A stretch of DNA of 64,000 nt from Eledone cirrhosa (Eukaryota), in assembly GCA_964016885.1 (NCBI GenBank), contig OZ024748.1, positions 30,070,001 through 30,134,000 of the forward strand. Direction: 5' to 3'. Shown here piece after piece: positions 1-17,700 of this stretch. Every line of letters begins with the position of its first letter. Within the stretch, counting starts at the first letter, position 1. A model generated the notes under the pieces. That model saw only the letters and a program-made list of their open reading frames with translations. It did not search any database and was not told the origin of the DNA. The position numbers and the translations under genes are program-made.

Positions 1-3000
1 ACATATAGCCTCTTTAGTACACATACATGTACCCTCTTTAGTACACAGACATATACCCTCTTTAGTACAAATCCATATACCCTCTTTAGTACACATACAT
101 ATAGCCTCTTTAGTACAAATCCATATACCCTCTTTAGTACACATACATATAGCCTCTTTAGTACACATACATATACCCTCTTTAGTACACGTACATATAC
201 CCTCTTTAGTACAAATCCATATACCCTCTTTAGTACGCATACATATAGCCTCTTTAGTACAAATCAATATACCCTCTTTAGTACACATACATATACCCTC
301 TTTAGTACACACACATATAGCTTCTTTAGTACACATACATATAGCTTCTTTAGTACACACACATATAGCTTCTTTAGTACACATATATATACCCTCTTTA
401 GTACACATACATATAGCTTCTTTAGTACACATACATATAGCTTCTTTAGTACACACACATATAGCCTCTTTAGTACACATACATATACCCTCTTTAGTAC
501 ACATACATATATCCTCTTTAGAACACATACATATACCCTCTTTAGTACACATACATATAGCCTCTTTAGAACACATACATATACCCTCTTTAGTACACAT
601 ACATATACCCTCTTTAGTACACATACATATAGCCTCTTTAGAACACATACATATACCCTCTTTAGTACACATACATGTAGCCTCTTTAGTACACATACAT
701 ATAGCCTCTTTAGAACATACATATACCCTCTTTAGTACACATATATATAGCCTCTTTAGTACACATACATATACCCTCTTTAGTACACATACATATAGCC
801 TCTTTAGAACACATACATATACCCTCTTTAGTACACATACATATACCCTCTTTAGTACACATACATATAGCCTCTTTAGTACACATACATATACCCTCTT
901 TAGTACACATACATGTAGCCTCTTTAGAACACATACATATAGCCTCTTTAGTACACATACGTATAGCCTCTTTAGTACACATACATATAGCCTCTTTAGT
1001 ACACATACATATAGACTCTTTAGTACAAATACATATACCCTCTTTTGTACACATACATATACCCTCTTTAGTACTCATACATATAGCCTCTTTTGTACAC
1101 ATACATATAGCCTCTTTAGTACACATACATATACCCTCTTTAGTACACATACATATACCCTCTTTAGTACACATACATATAGCTTCTTTGGTACACATAC
1201 ATATACCCTCTTTAGTACACATACATATAGCCTCATAGTACACATACATATAGCCTCTTTAGTACACATACATATAGCCTCTTTAGTACACATACATATA
1301 GCCTCTTTAGTACACATACATATAGCCTCTTTAGTACACATACATATACCCTCTTTAGTACACATACATATAGCCTCTTTAGTACACATATATATAGCTT
1401 CTTTAGTACACATACATATAGCTTCTTTAGTACACATACATATACCCTCTTTAGTACACATACATATACCCTCTTTAGTACACATACATATAGCCTCTTT
1501 AGTACACATATATATAGCTTATTTAGTACACATACATATAGCTTCTTTAGTACACATACATATAGTCTCTTTAGTACACATACATATAGCCTCTTTAGTA
1601 CACATACATATAGCCTCTTTAGTACACATACATATAGCCTCTTTAGTACACATACATATAGCTTCTTTAGTACACATACATATACCCTCTTTAGTACACA
1701 TACATATACCCTATTTAGTACACATACATATAGCCTATTTAGTACAAATCCATATACCCTCTTAGTACACATACATATAGCCTCTTTAGTACACATACAT
1801 ATACCCTCTTTAGTACACAGACATATACCCTCTTTAGTACAAATCCATATATCCTCTTTAGTACACATACATATAGCCTCTTTAGTACAAATCCATATAC
1901 CCTCTTTAGTACACATACATATAGCCTCTTTAGTACACATACATATACCCTCTTTAGTACACGTACATATACGCTCTTTAGTACAAATCCATATACCCTC
2001 TTTAGTACACATACATATAGCCTCTTTAGTACAAATCCATATACCCTCTTTAGTACACATACATATAGCCTCTTTAGTACACATACATATACCCTCTTTA
2101 GTACACATACATATAGCCTCTTTAGTACACATATATATAGCTTCTTTAGTACACATACATATAGCTTCTTTAGTACACATACATATACCCTCTTTAGTAC
2201 ACATATATATAGCTTCTTTAGTACACATACATATAGCTTCTTTAGTACACATACATATAGTCTCTTTAGTACACATACATATAGCCTCTTTAGTACACAT
2301 ACATATAGCCTCTTTAGTACACATACATATAGCCTCTTTAGTACACATACATATAGCTTCTTTAGTACACATACATATAGCCTCATTAGTACACATACAT
2401 ATAGCCTCTTTAGAATACATACATATAGCCTCTTTAGTACACATACATATAGCCTCTTTAGTACACATACATATACCCTCTTTAGTACACATACATATAC
2501 CCTATTTAGTACACATACATATAGCCTCTTTAGTACACATACATATAGCCTCTTTAGAATACATACATATAGCCTCTTTAGTACACATACATATACCCTC
2601 TTTAGTACACATACATATACCCTATTTAGTACAAATCCATATACCCTCTTAGTACACATACATATAGCCTCTTTAGTACACAGACATATACCCTCTTTAG
2701 TACACAGACATATACCCTCTTTAGTACAAATCCATATACCCTCTTTAGTACACATACATATAGCCTCTTTAGTACAAATCCATATACCCTCTTTAGTACA
2801 CATACATATAGCCTCTTTAGTACACATACATATAACCTCTTTAGTACACGTACATATACCCTCTTTATTACAAATCCATATACCCTCTTTAGTACACATA
2901 CATATAGCCTCTTTAGTACACATACATATAGCCTCTTTAGAATACATACATATAGCCTCTTTAGTACACATACATATAGCCTCTTTAGTACACATACATA

Positions 3001-6000
3001 TACCCTCTTTAGTACACATACATATACCCTATTTAGTACACATACATATAGCCTCTTTAGTACACATACATATAGCCTCTTTAGAATACATACATATAGC
3101 CTCTTTAGTACACATACATATACCCTCTTTAGTACACATACATATACCCTATTTAGTACAAATCCATATACCCTCTTATAACACATACATATAGCCTCTT
3201 TAGTACACATACATATACCCTCTTTAGTACACAGACATATACCCTCTTTAGTACAAATCCATATACCCTCTTTAGTACACATACATATAGCCTCTTTAGT
3301 ACAAATCCATATACCCTCTTTAGTACACATACATATAGCCTCTTTAGTACACATACATATAGCCTCTTTAGTACACATACATATAGCTTGTTTAGTACAC
3401 ATACATATAGCCTCTTTAGTACACATACATATACCCTCTTTAGTACACATACATATACCCTATTTAGTACACATACATATAGCCTCTTTAGTACACATAC
3501 ATATAGCCTCTTTAGAATACATACATATAGCCTCTTTAGTACACATACATATACCCTCTTTAGTACACATACATATACCCTATTTAGTACAAATCCATAT
3601 ACCCTCTTAGTACACATACATATAGCCTCTTTAGTACACAGACATATACCCTCTTTAGTACACAGACATATACCCTCTTTAGTACAAATCCATATACCCT
3701 CTTTAGTACACATACATATAGCCTCTTTAGTACAAATCCATATACCCTCTTTAGTACACATACATATAGCTTCTTTAGTACACATACATATAGCTTCTTT
3801 AGTACACACACATATAGCCTCTTTAGTACACATACATATACCCTCTTTAGTACACATACATATATCCTCTTTAGAACACATACATATACCCTCTTTAGTA
3901 CACATACATATAGCCTCTTTAGAACACATACATATACCCTCTTTAGTACACATACATATACCCTCTTTAGTACACATACATATAGCCTCTTTAGAACACA
4001 TACATATACCCTCTTTAGTACACATACATGTAGCCTCTTTAGTACACATACATATAGCCTCTTTAGAACACATACATATACCCTCTTTAGTACACATATA
4101 CATAGCCTCTTTAGTACACATACATATACCCTCTTTAGTACACATACATATAGCCTCTTTAGAACACATACATATACCCTCTTTAGTACACATACATATA
4201 CCCTCTTTAGTACACATACATATAGCCTCTTTAGTACACATACATATACCCTCTTTAGTACACATACATGTAGCCTCTTTAGAACACATACATATAGCCT
4301 CTTTAGTACACATACGTATAGCCTCTTTAGTACACATACATATAGCCTCTTTAGTACACATACATATAGACTCTTTAGTACAAATACATATACCCTCTTT
4401 TGTACACATACATATACCCTCTTTAGTACTCATACATATAGCCTCTTTTGTACACATACATATAGCCTCTTTAGTACACATACATATACCCTCTTTAGTA
4501 CACATACATATACCCTCTTTAGTACACATACATATAGCTTCTTTGGTACACATACATATACCCTCTTTAGTACACATACATATAGCCTCTTTAGTACACA
4601 TATATATAGCTTCTTTAGTACACATACATATAGCTTCTTTAGTACACATACATATACCCTCTTTAGTACACATACATATACCCTCTTTAGTATACATACA
4701 TATACCCTCTTTAGTACACATACATATAGCCTCTTTAGTACACATATATATAGCTTATTTAGTACACATACATATAGCTTCTTTAGTACACATACATATA
4801 GCCTCTTTAGTACACATACATATACCCTCTTTAGTACACATACATATACCCTCTTTAGTACACATACATATAGCCTCTTTAGTACACATACATATAGCCT
4901 CTTTAGTACACATACATATAGCCTCTTTAGTACACATACATATAGCTTCTTTAGTACACATACATATAGTCTCTTTAGTACACATACATATAGCCTCTTT
5001 AGAATACATACATATAGCCTCTTTAGTACACATACATATAGCCTCTTTAGTACACATACATATACCCTCTTTAGTACACATACATATACCCTCTTTAGTA
5101 CACATACATATACCCTATTTAGTACACATACATATACCCTATTTAGTACAAATCCATATACCCTCTTAGAACACATACATATAGCCTCTTTAGTACACAT
5201 ACATATACCCTCTTTAGTACACAGACATATACCCTCTTTAGTACAAATCCATATACCCTCTTTAGTACACATACATATAGCCTCTTTAGTACAAATCCAT
5301 ATACCCTCTTTAGTACACATACATATAGCCTCTTTAGTACACATACATATACCCTCTTTAGTACACGTACATATACGCTCTTTAGTACAAATCCATATAC
5401 CCTCTTTAGTACACATACATATAGCCTCTTTAGTACAAATCAATATACCCTCTTTAGTACACATACATATAGCTTCTTTAGTACACATACATATAGCTTC
5501 TTTAGTACACACACATATAGCTTCTTTAGTACACATACATATAGCCTCTTTAGTACAAATCAATATACCCTCTTTAGTACACATACATATAGCTTCTTTA
5601 GTACACACACATATAGCTTCTTTAGTACACATATATATACCCTCTTTAGTACACATACATATAGCTTCTTTAGTACACATACATATAGCTTCTTTAGTAC
5701 ACACACATATAGCCTCTTTAGTACACATACATATACCCTCTTTATTACAAATCCATATACCCACTTTAGTACACATACATATAGCCTCTTTAGTACACAT
5801 ACATATAGCCTCTTTAGAATACATACATATAGCCTCTTTAGTACACATACATATAGCCTCTTTAGAATACATACATATAGCCTCTTTAGTACACATACAT
5901 ATACCCTCTTTAGTACACATACATATACCCTATTTAGTACAAATCCATATACCCTCTTATAACACATACATATAGCCTCTTTAGTACACATACATATACC

Positions 6001-9000
6001 CTCTTTAGTACACAGACATATACCCTCTTTAGTACAAATCCATATACCCTCTTTAGTACACATACATATAGCCTCTTTAGTACAAATCCATATACCCTCT
6101 TTAGTACACATACATATAGCCTCTTTAGTACACATACATATAGCCTCTTTGGTACACATACATATAGCTTGTTTAGTACACATACATATAGCCTCTTTAG
6201 TACACATACATATAGCCTCTTTAGAATACATACATATAGCCTCTTTAGTACACATACATATAGCCTCTTTAGTACACATACATATACCCTCTTTAGTACA
6301 CATACATATACCCTATTTAGTACACATACATATAGCCTCTTTAGTACACATACATATAGCCTCTTTAGAATACATACATATAGCCTCTTTAGTACACATA
6401 CATATACCCTCTTTAGTACACATACATATACCCTATTTAGTACAAATCCATATACCCTCTTAGTACACATACATATAGCCTCTTTAGTACACATACATGT
6501 ACCCTCTTTAGTACACAGACATATACCCTCTTTAGTACAAATCCATATACCCTCTTTAGTACACATACATATAGCCTCTTTAGTACAAATCCATATACCC
6601 TCTTTAGTACACATACATATAGCCTCTTTAGTACACATACATATACCCTCTTTAGTACACACACATATAGCTTCTTTAGTACACATACATATAGCTTCTT
6701 TAGTACACACACATATAGCTTCTTTAGTACACATATATATACCCTCTTTAGTACACATACATATAGCTTCTTTAGTACACATACATATAGCTTCTTTAGT
6801 ACACACACATATAGCCTCTTTAGTACACATACATATACCCTCTTTAGTAACATACATATATCCTCTTTAGAACACATACATATACCCTCTTTAGTACACA
6901 TACATATAGCCTCTTTAGAACACATACATATACCCTCTTTAGTACACATACATATAGCCTCTTTAGTATACATATATATAGCTTCTTTAGTACACATACA
7001 TATAGCCTCTTTAGTACACATACATATAGCCTCTTTAGTACACATACATATACCCTCTTTAGTACACATACATATACACTCTTTAGTACACATACATATA
7101 GCTTCTTTAGTACACATACATATAGCCTCTTTAGTACACATACATATAGCCTCTTTAGTACACATACATATACCCTCTTTAGTACACATACATATACACT
7201 CTTTAGTACACATACATATAGCTTCTTTAGTACACATACATATAGCCTCTTTAGTACACATACATATAGCCTCTTTAGTACACATACATATAGCCTCTTT
7301 AGTACACATACATATACCCTCTTTAGTACACATACATATAGCTTCTTTAGTACACATACATATAGCCTCTTTAGTACACATACATATAGCCTCTTTAGAA
7401 CACATACATATAGCCTCTTTAGTACACATACATATAGCCTCTTTAGTACACATACATATACCCTCTTTAGTACACATACATATACCCTCTTTAGTACACA
7501 TACATATAGCCTCTTTAGTACACATACATATACCCACTTTAGTACACATACATATAGCCTCTTTAGTACACATACATATAGCCTCTCTAGTACACATACA
7601 TATAGCCTCTTTAGTACACATACATATAGCCTCTTTAGTATACATACATATAGCCTCTTTAGTACACATACATATAGCCTCTTTAGTACAAATACATATA
7701 GCCTCTTTAGTACACATACATATAGCCTCTTTAGTACACATACATATAGCCTCTTTAGTACACTTACATATAGCCTCTTTAGTACACATACATATAGCCT
7801 CTTTAGTACACATACATATACCCTCTTTAGTACACATACATATACCCTCTTTAGTACACATACATATAGCTTCTTTGGTACACATACATATACCCTCTTT
7901 CGTACACATACATATAGCCTCATAGTACACATACATATAGCCTCTTTAGTACACATACATATAGCCTCTTTAGTACACATACATATAGCCTCTTTAGTAC
8001 ACATACATATAGCCTCTTTAGTACACATACATATACCCGCTTTAGTACACATACATATAGCCTCTTTAGTACACATATATATAGCTTCTTTAGTACACAT
8101 ACATATAGCTTCTTTAGTACACATACATATACCCTCTTTAGTACACATACATATACCCTCTTTAGTACACATATATATAGCTTCTTTAGTACACATACAT
8201 ATAGCCTCTTTAGTACACATACATATAGCTTCTTTAGTACACATACATATACCCTCTTTAGTACACATACATATACCCTCTTTAGTACACATACATATAG
8301 CCTCTTTAGTACTCATATATATAGCTTATTTAGTACACATACATATAGCTTCTTTAGTACACATACATATAGTCTCTTTAGTACACATACATATAGCCTC
8401 TTTAGTACACATACATATAGCCTCTTTAGTACACATACATATAGCCTCTTTAGTACACATACATATAGCTTCTTTAGTACACATACATATAGCCTCTTTA
8501 GTACACATACATATAGCCTCTTTAGAATACATACATATAGCCTCTTTAGTACACATACATATAGCCTCTTTAGTACACATACATATACCCTCTTTAGTAC
8601 ACATACATATACCCTATTTAGTACACATACATATAGCCTCTTTAGTACACATACATATAGCCTCTTTAGAATACATACATATAGCCTCTTTAGTACACAT
8701 ACATATACCCTCTTTAGTACACATACATATACCCTATTTAGTACAAATCCATATACCCTCTTAGTACACATACATATAGCCTCTTTAGTATACATACATA
8801 TAGCCTCTTTAGTACACATACATATAGCCTCTTTAGTACACATACATATAGCCTCTTTAGTACACTTACATATAGCCTCTTTAGTACACATACATATAGC
8901 CTCTTTAGTACACATACATATAGCCTCTTTAGTACACTTACATATAGCCTCTTTAGTACACATACATATAGCTTCTTTAGTACACATACATATAGCTTCT

Positions 9001-11749
9001 TTAGTACACATACATATAGCTTCTTTAGTACACATACATATAGCTTCTTTATTACACATACATATAGCTTCTTTAGTACACATACATATACCCTCTTTAG
9101 TACACATACATATAGCCTCTTTAGTACACATACATATAGCTTCTTTAGTACACATACATATAGCCTCTTTAGTACACATACATATAGCTTCTTTAGTACA
9201 CATACATATAGCTTCTTTAGTACACATACATATAGCTTCTTTAGTACACATACATATAGCTTCTTTAGTACACATACATATAGCCTCTTTAGTACACATA
9301 CATATAGCTTCTTTAGTACACATACATATAGCCTCTTTAGTATACATACATATACCCTCTTTAGTACACATACATATACCCTCTTTAGTACACATACATA
9401 GAGCCTCTTTAGTATACATACATATAGCCTCTTTAGTACACATACATATACCTTCTTTAGTACACATACATATAGCTTCTTTAGTACTCATAAATATACC
9501 CTCTTTAGTACACATACATATAGCCTCTTTAGTACACATACATATACCCTCTTTAGTACACATACATATAGCCTCTTTAGTACACATACATATAGCCTCT
9601 TTAGTACACATACATATAGCTTCTTTAGTACAAATCCATATACCCTCTTTAGTACAGACACATATAGCTTCTTTAGTTCACATACATATAGCCTCTTTAG
9701 TACACATACATATAGCTTCTTTAGTACACATACATATAACCTCTTTAGTACACATACATATAGCTTCTTTAGTACACATACATATAGCTTCTTTAGTACA
9801 CATACATATAGCCTCTTTAGTACACATACATATAGCCTCTTTAGTACACATACATATAGCCTCTTTAGTACACATACATATAGCCTCTTTAGTACACATA
9901 CATATAGCCTCTTTAGTACACATACATATAGCTTCTTTAGTACAAATCCATATACCCTCTTTAGTACACACACATATAGCTTCTTTAGTACACATGCATA
10001 TACCCTCTTTAGTACAAATCCATATACCCTCTTTAGTACACATACATATACCCTCTTTAGTACACATACATATAGCTTCTTTAGTACACATACATATACC
10101 CTCTTTAGTACAAATCCATATACCCTCTTTAGTACACATACATATACCCTCTTTAGTACACATACATATAGCTTCTTTAGTACACATACATATACCCTCT
10201 TTAGTACACATACATATACCCTCTTTAGTACACATACATATAGCCTCTTTAGTACACATACATATAGTCTCTTTAGTACGCATACATATAGCTTCTTTAG
10301 TACACATACATATAGCCCCTTTAGTACACATACATATAGCTTCTTTAGTACACATACATATAGCCTCTATAGTACACACACATATAGCCTCTTTAGTATA
10401 CATATATATAGCTTCTTTAGTACACATACATATAGCCTCTTTAGTACACATACATATAGCCTCTTTAGTACACATTCATATACCCTCTTTAGTACACATA
10501 CATATACACTCTTTAGTACACATACATATACCCTCTTTAGTACACATACATATACCCTCTTTAGTACACATACATATAGCCTCTTTAGTACACATTCATA
10601 TACCCTCTTTAGTACACATACATATACACTCTTTAGTACACATACATATACCCTCTTTAGTACACATACATATAGCCTCTATAGTACACACACATATAGC
10701 CTCTTTAGTATACATATATATAGCCTCTTTAGTACACATACATATACCCTCTTTAGTACACATACATATACACTCTTTAGTACACATACATATAGCTTCT
10801 TTAGTACACATACATATAGCCTCTTTAGTGCACATACATATAGCCTCTTTAGTACACATACATATAGCCTCTTTAGTACACATACATATAGCCTCTTTAG
10901 AACACATACATATAGCCTCTTTAGTACACATACATATAGCCTCTTTAGTACACATACATATACCCTCTTTAGTACACATACATATACCCTCTTTAGTACA
11001 CATACATATAGCCTCATAGTACACATACATATAGCCTCTTTAGTACACATACATATACCCTCTTTAGTACACATATATATAGCTTCTTTAGTACACATAC
11101 ATATAGCCTCTTTAGTACACATACATATAGCCTCTTTAGTACACATTCATATACCCTCTTTAGTACACATACATATACACTCTTTAGTACACATACATAT
11201 ACCCTCTTTAGTACACATACATATAGCCTCTTTAGTACACATATATATAGCTTCTTTAGTACACATACATTTAGCTTCTTTAGTACACATACATATACCC
11301 TCTTTAGTACACATACATAAACCCTCTTTAGTACACATATATATAGCTTCTTTAGTACACATACATATAGCCTCTTTAGTACACATAGATATAGCTTCTT
11401 TAGTACACATACATATACCCTCTTTAGTACACATACATATACCCTCTTTAGTACACATACATATAGCCTCTTTAGTACACATATATATAGCTTATTTAGT
11501 ACACATACATATAGCTTCTTTAGTACACATACATATAGTCTCTTTAGTACACATACATATAGCCTCTTTAGTACACATACATATAGCCTCTTTAGTACAC
11601 ATACATATAGCCTCTTTAGTACACATACATATAGCTTCTTTAGTACACATACATATAGCCTCTTTAGTACACATACATATAGCCTCTTTAGAATACATAC
11701 ATATAGCCTCTTTAGTACACATACATATAGCCTCTTTAGTACACATACA

Positions 11750-14700
11750 TATACCCTCTTTAGTACACATACATATACCCTATTTAGTACACATACATAT
11801 AGCCTCTTTAGTACACATACATATAGCCTCTTTAGAATACATACATATAGCCTCTTTAGTACACGTACATATACCCTCTTTAGTACACATACATATACCC
11901 TATTTAGTACAAATCCATATACCCTCTTAGTACACATACATATAGCCTCTTTAGTACACATACATATACCCTCTTTAGTACACAGACATATACCCTCTTT
12001 AGTACAAATCCATATACCCTCTTTAGTACACATACATATAGCCTCTTTAGTACAAATCCATATACCCTCTTTAGTACACATACATATAGCCTCTTTAGTA
12101 CACATACATATACCCTCTTTAGTACACGTACATATACGCTCTTTAGTACAAATCCATATACCCTCTTTAGTACACATACATATAGCCTCTTTAGTACAAA
12201 TCAATATACCCTCTTTAGTACACATACATATACCCTCTTTAGTACACACACATATAGCTTCTTTAGTACACATACATATAGCTTCTTTAGTACACACACA
12301 TATAGCTTCTTTAGTACACATATATATACCCTCTTTAGTACACATACATATAGCTTCTTTAGTACACATACATATAGATTCTTTAGTACACACACATATA
12401 GCCTCTTTAGTACACATACATATACCCTCTTTAGTACACATACATATATCCTCTTTAGTACACATACATATAGCCTCTTTAGTACACATACGTATAGCCT
12501 CTTTAGTACACATACATATAGCCTTTTTAGTACACATACATATAGCCTCTTTAGTACACATACATATACCCTCTTTAGTACACATACGTATAGCCTCTTT
12601 AGTACACATACATATAGCCTATTTAGTACACATACATATACTCTCTTTAGTACACATACATATAGCCTCTTTAGAACACATACATATACCCTCTTTAGTA
12701 CACATACATATAGCCTCTTTAGTACACATACATATAGCCTCTTTAGTGCACATACATATAGCCTCTTTAGTACACATACATATAGCCTCTTTAGTACACA
12801 TACATATAGCCTCTTTAGTACACATACATATAGCCTCTTTGATACACATACATATAGCCTCTTTAGTACACATACATATACCCTCTTTGATACACATACA
12901 TATAGCCTCTTTAGTACACATACATATACCCTCTTTGATACACATACATATAGCCTCTTTAGTACACATACATATACCCTCTTTGATACACATACATATA
13001 GCCTCTTTAGTACACATACATTAACCCTCTTTGATACACATACATATAGCCTCTTTAGTACACATACATATAGCCTCTTTAGTTCACATACATATAGCCT
13101 CTTTAGTACACATACATATACCCTCTTTGATACACATACATAAAGCCTCTTTAGTACACATACATATAGCCTCTTTGATACACATACATATAGCCTCTTT
13201 AGTACACATACATATACCCTCTTTGATACACATACATATAGCCTCTTTAGTACACATACGTATAGCCTCTTTAGTACACATACATATACCCTCTTTAGTG
13301 CACATACATATAGCATCTTTAGTACACATACATATACCCTCTTTAGTACACATACATATAGCCCCTTTAGTACACATACATATACCCTCTTTAGTACACA
13401 TACATATAGCCTCTTTAGTACACATACATATACCCTCTTTAGTATACATACATATAGCCTCTTTAGTACACATACATATAGCTTCTTTGGTACACATACA
13501 TATAGCCTCTTTAGTACACATACATATACCCTCTTTAGTACACATACATATAGCCTCTTTAGTACACATACATATAGCTTCTTTACTACACATACATATA
13601 GCCTCTTTAGTACACATACATATAGCCTCTTTAGTACACACACATATACCTTCTTTAGTACACATACATATAGCCTCTTTAGTACACATATATATAGCCT
13701 CTTTAGTACACATACATATAGCCTCTTTAGTACACATACATATAGCTTCTTTAGTACACATACATATAGCCTCTTTAGTACACATACATATAGCCTCTTT
13801 AGTACACACACATATACCTTCTTTAGTACACATACATATAGCCTCTTTAGTACACATACATATAGCCTCTTTAGTACACATACATATAGCCTCTTTAGTA
13901 CACACACATATACCTTCTTTAGTACACATACATATAGCCTCTTTAGTGCACATACATATAGCCTCTTTAGTGCACATACATATAGCCTCTTTAGTACACA
14001 TACATATACCCTCTTTAGTACACATACATATAGCCTCTTTAGTACACATACATATACCCTCTTTAGTACACATACATGTTGCCTCTTTAGTACACATACA
14101 TATACCCTCTTTAGTACACATACATATAGCCTCTTTAGTACACATACATATAGCCTCTTTAGTACACATACATATAACCTCTTTAGTACACACACATATA
14201 GCCTCTTTAGTACACATACATATAGCTTCTTTAGTACACATACATATAACCTCTTTAGTACACATACATATACCTTCTTTAGTACACATACATATAGCCT
14301 CTTTAGTACACACACATATAGCCTCTTTAGTACATATACATATACTCTCTTTAGTACACATACATATAGCCTCTTTAGTACACATACATATAGCCTCTTT
14401 AGTATACACACATATAGCCTCTTTAGTACACATATATATAGCTTCTTTAGTACACATACATATACCCTCTTTAGTACACATACATATACCCTCTTTAGTA
14501 CACATACATATAGCCTCTATAGTACACACACATATAGCCTCTTTAGTATACATATATATAGCTTCTTTAGTACACATACATATAGCCTCTTTAGTACACA
14601 TACTTATAGCCTCTTTAGTACACATACATATACCCTCTTTAGTACACATACATATACACTCTTTAGTACACATACATATAGCTTCTTTAGTACACATACA

Positions 14701-17700
14701 TATAGCCTCTATAGTACACACACATATAGCCTCTTTAGTACACATACATATAGCCTCTTTAGTACACATACATATAGCCTCTTTAGTACACATAGATATA
14801 GCCTCTTTAGTACACATACATATACCCTCTTTAGTACACATACATATAGCCTCTTTAGTACACATACATATAGCCTCTTTAGTACACATACATATAGCCT
14901 CTTTAGTACACATACATATAGCTTCTTTAGTACACATACATATAGCTTCTTTAGTACACATACATATACCCTCTTTAGTACACATACATATAGCCTCTTT
15001 AGTACACATACATATACCCTCTTTAGTACACATACATATAGCCTCTTTAGTACACATACATATAGCCTCTTTAGTACACATACATATAGCCTCTTTAGTA
15101 CACATACATATACCCTCTTTAGTACACATACATATACCCTCTTTAGTACACATACATATAGCCTCTATAGTACAAACACATATAGCCTCTTTAGTATACA
15201 TATATATAGCTTCTTTAGTACACATACATATAGCCTCTTTAGTACACATACATATAGCCTCTTTAGTACACATACATATACCCTCTTTAGTACACATACA
15301 TATACACTCTTTAGTACACATACATATAGCTTCTTTAGTACACATACATATAGCCTCTGTAGTACACACACATGTAGCCTCTTTAGTATACATATATATA
15401 GCTTCTTTAGTACACATACATATAGCCTCTTTAGTGCACATACATATATCCTCTTTAGTACACATACATATAGCCTCTTTAGTACACATACATATAGCCT
15501 CTTTAGAACACATACATATAGCCTCTTTAGTACACATACATATAGCCTCTTTAGTACACATACATATAGCCTCTTTAGTACACATACATATACCCTCTTT
15601 AGTACACATACATATACCCTCTTTAGTACACATACATATAGCCTCTTTAGTACACATACATATACCCTCTTTAGTACACATACATATAGCCTCTTTAGTA
15701 CACATACATATAGCCTCTTTAGTACACATACATATAGCCTCTTTAGTACACATACATATAGCCTCTTTAGTATACATACATATAGCCTCTTTAGTACACA
15801 TACATATAGCCTCTTTAGTACACATACATATAGCCTCTTTAGTACACTTACATATAGCCTCTTTAGTACACATACATATAGCCTCTTTAGTACACTTACA
15901 TATAGCCTCTTTAGTACACATACATATAGCTTCTTTAGTACACATACATATACCCTCTTTAGTACACATACATATACCCTATTTAGTACACATACATATA
16001 GCCTCTTTAGTACACATACATATAGCCTCTTTAGAATACATACATATAGCCTCTTTAGTACACGTACATATACCCTCTTTAGTACACATACATATACCCT
16101 ATTTAGTACAAATCCATATACCCTCTTAGTACACATACATATAGCCTCTTTAGTACACATACATATACCCTCTTTAGTACACAGACATATACCCTCTTTA
16201 GTACAAATCCATATACCCTCTTTAGTACACATACATATAGCCTCTTTAGTACAAATCCATATACCCTCTTTAGTACACATACATATAGCCTCTTTAGTAC
16301 ACATACATATACCCTCTTTAGTACACGTACATATACGCTCTTTAGTACAAATCCATATACCCTCTTTAGTACACATACATATAGCCTCTTTAGTACAAAT
16401 CAATATACCCTCTTTAGTACACATACATATACCCTCTTTAGTACACACACATATAGCTTCTTTAGTACACATACATATAGCTTCTTTAGTACACACACAT
16501 ATAGCTTCTTTAGTACACATATATATACCCTCTTTAGTACACATACATATAGCTTCTTTAGTACACATACATATAGATTCTTTAGTACACACACATATAG
16601 CCTCTTTAGTACACATACATATACCCTCTTTAGTACACATACATATATCCTCTTTAGTACACATACATATAGCCTCTTTAGTACACATACGTATAGCCTC
16701 TTTAGTACACATACATATAGCCTCTTTAGTACACATACATATAGCCTCTTTAGTACACATACATATACCCTCTTTAGTACACATACGTATAGCCTCTTTA
16801 GTACACATACATATAGCCTATTTAGTACACATACATATACCCTCTTTAGTACACATACATATAGCCTCTTTAGAACACATACATATACCCTCTTTAGTAC
16901 ACATACATATAGCCTCTTTAGTACACATACATATAGCCTCTTTAGTGCACATACATATAGCCTCTTTAGTACACATACATATAGCCTCTTTAGTACACAT
17001 ACATATAGCCTCTTTAGTACACATACATATAGCCTCTTTGATACACATACATATAGCCTCTTTAGTACACATACATATACCCTCTTTGATACACATACAT
17101 ATAGCCTCTTTAGTACACATACATATACCCTCTTTGATACACATACATATAGCCTCTTTAGTACACATACATATACCCTCTTTGATACACATACATATAG
17201 CCTCTTTAGTACACATACATTAACCCTCTTTGATACACATACATATAGCCTCTTTAGTACACATACATATAGCCTCTTTAGTTCACATACATATAGCCTC
17301 TTTAGTACACATACATATACCCTCTTTGATACACATACATAAAGCCTCTTTAGTACACATACATATAGCCTCTTTGATACACATACATATAGCCTCTTTA
17401 GTACACATACATATACCCTCTTTGATACACATACATATAGCCTCTTTAGTACACATACGTATAGCCTCTTTAGTACACATACATATAGCCTCTTTAGTGC
17501 ACATACATATAGCATCTTTAGTACACATACATATACCCTCTTTAGTACACATACATATAGCCCCTTTAGTACACATACATATACCCTCTTTAGTACACAT
17601 ACATATTGCCTCTTTAGTACACATACATATACCCTCTTTAGTATACATACATATAGCCTCTTTAGTACACATACATATAGCTTCTTTGGTACACATACAT

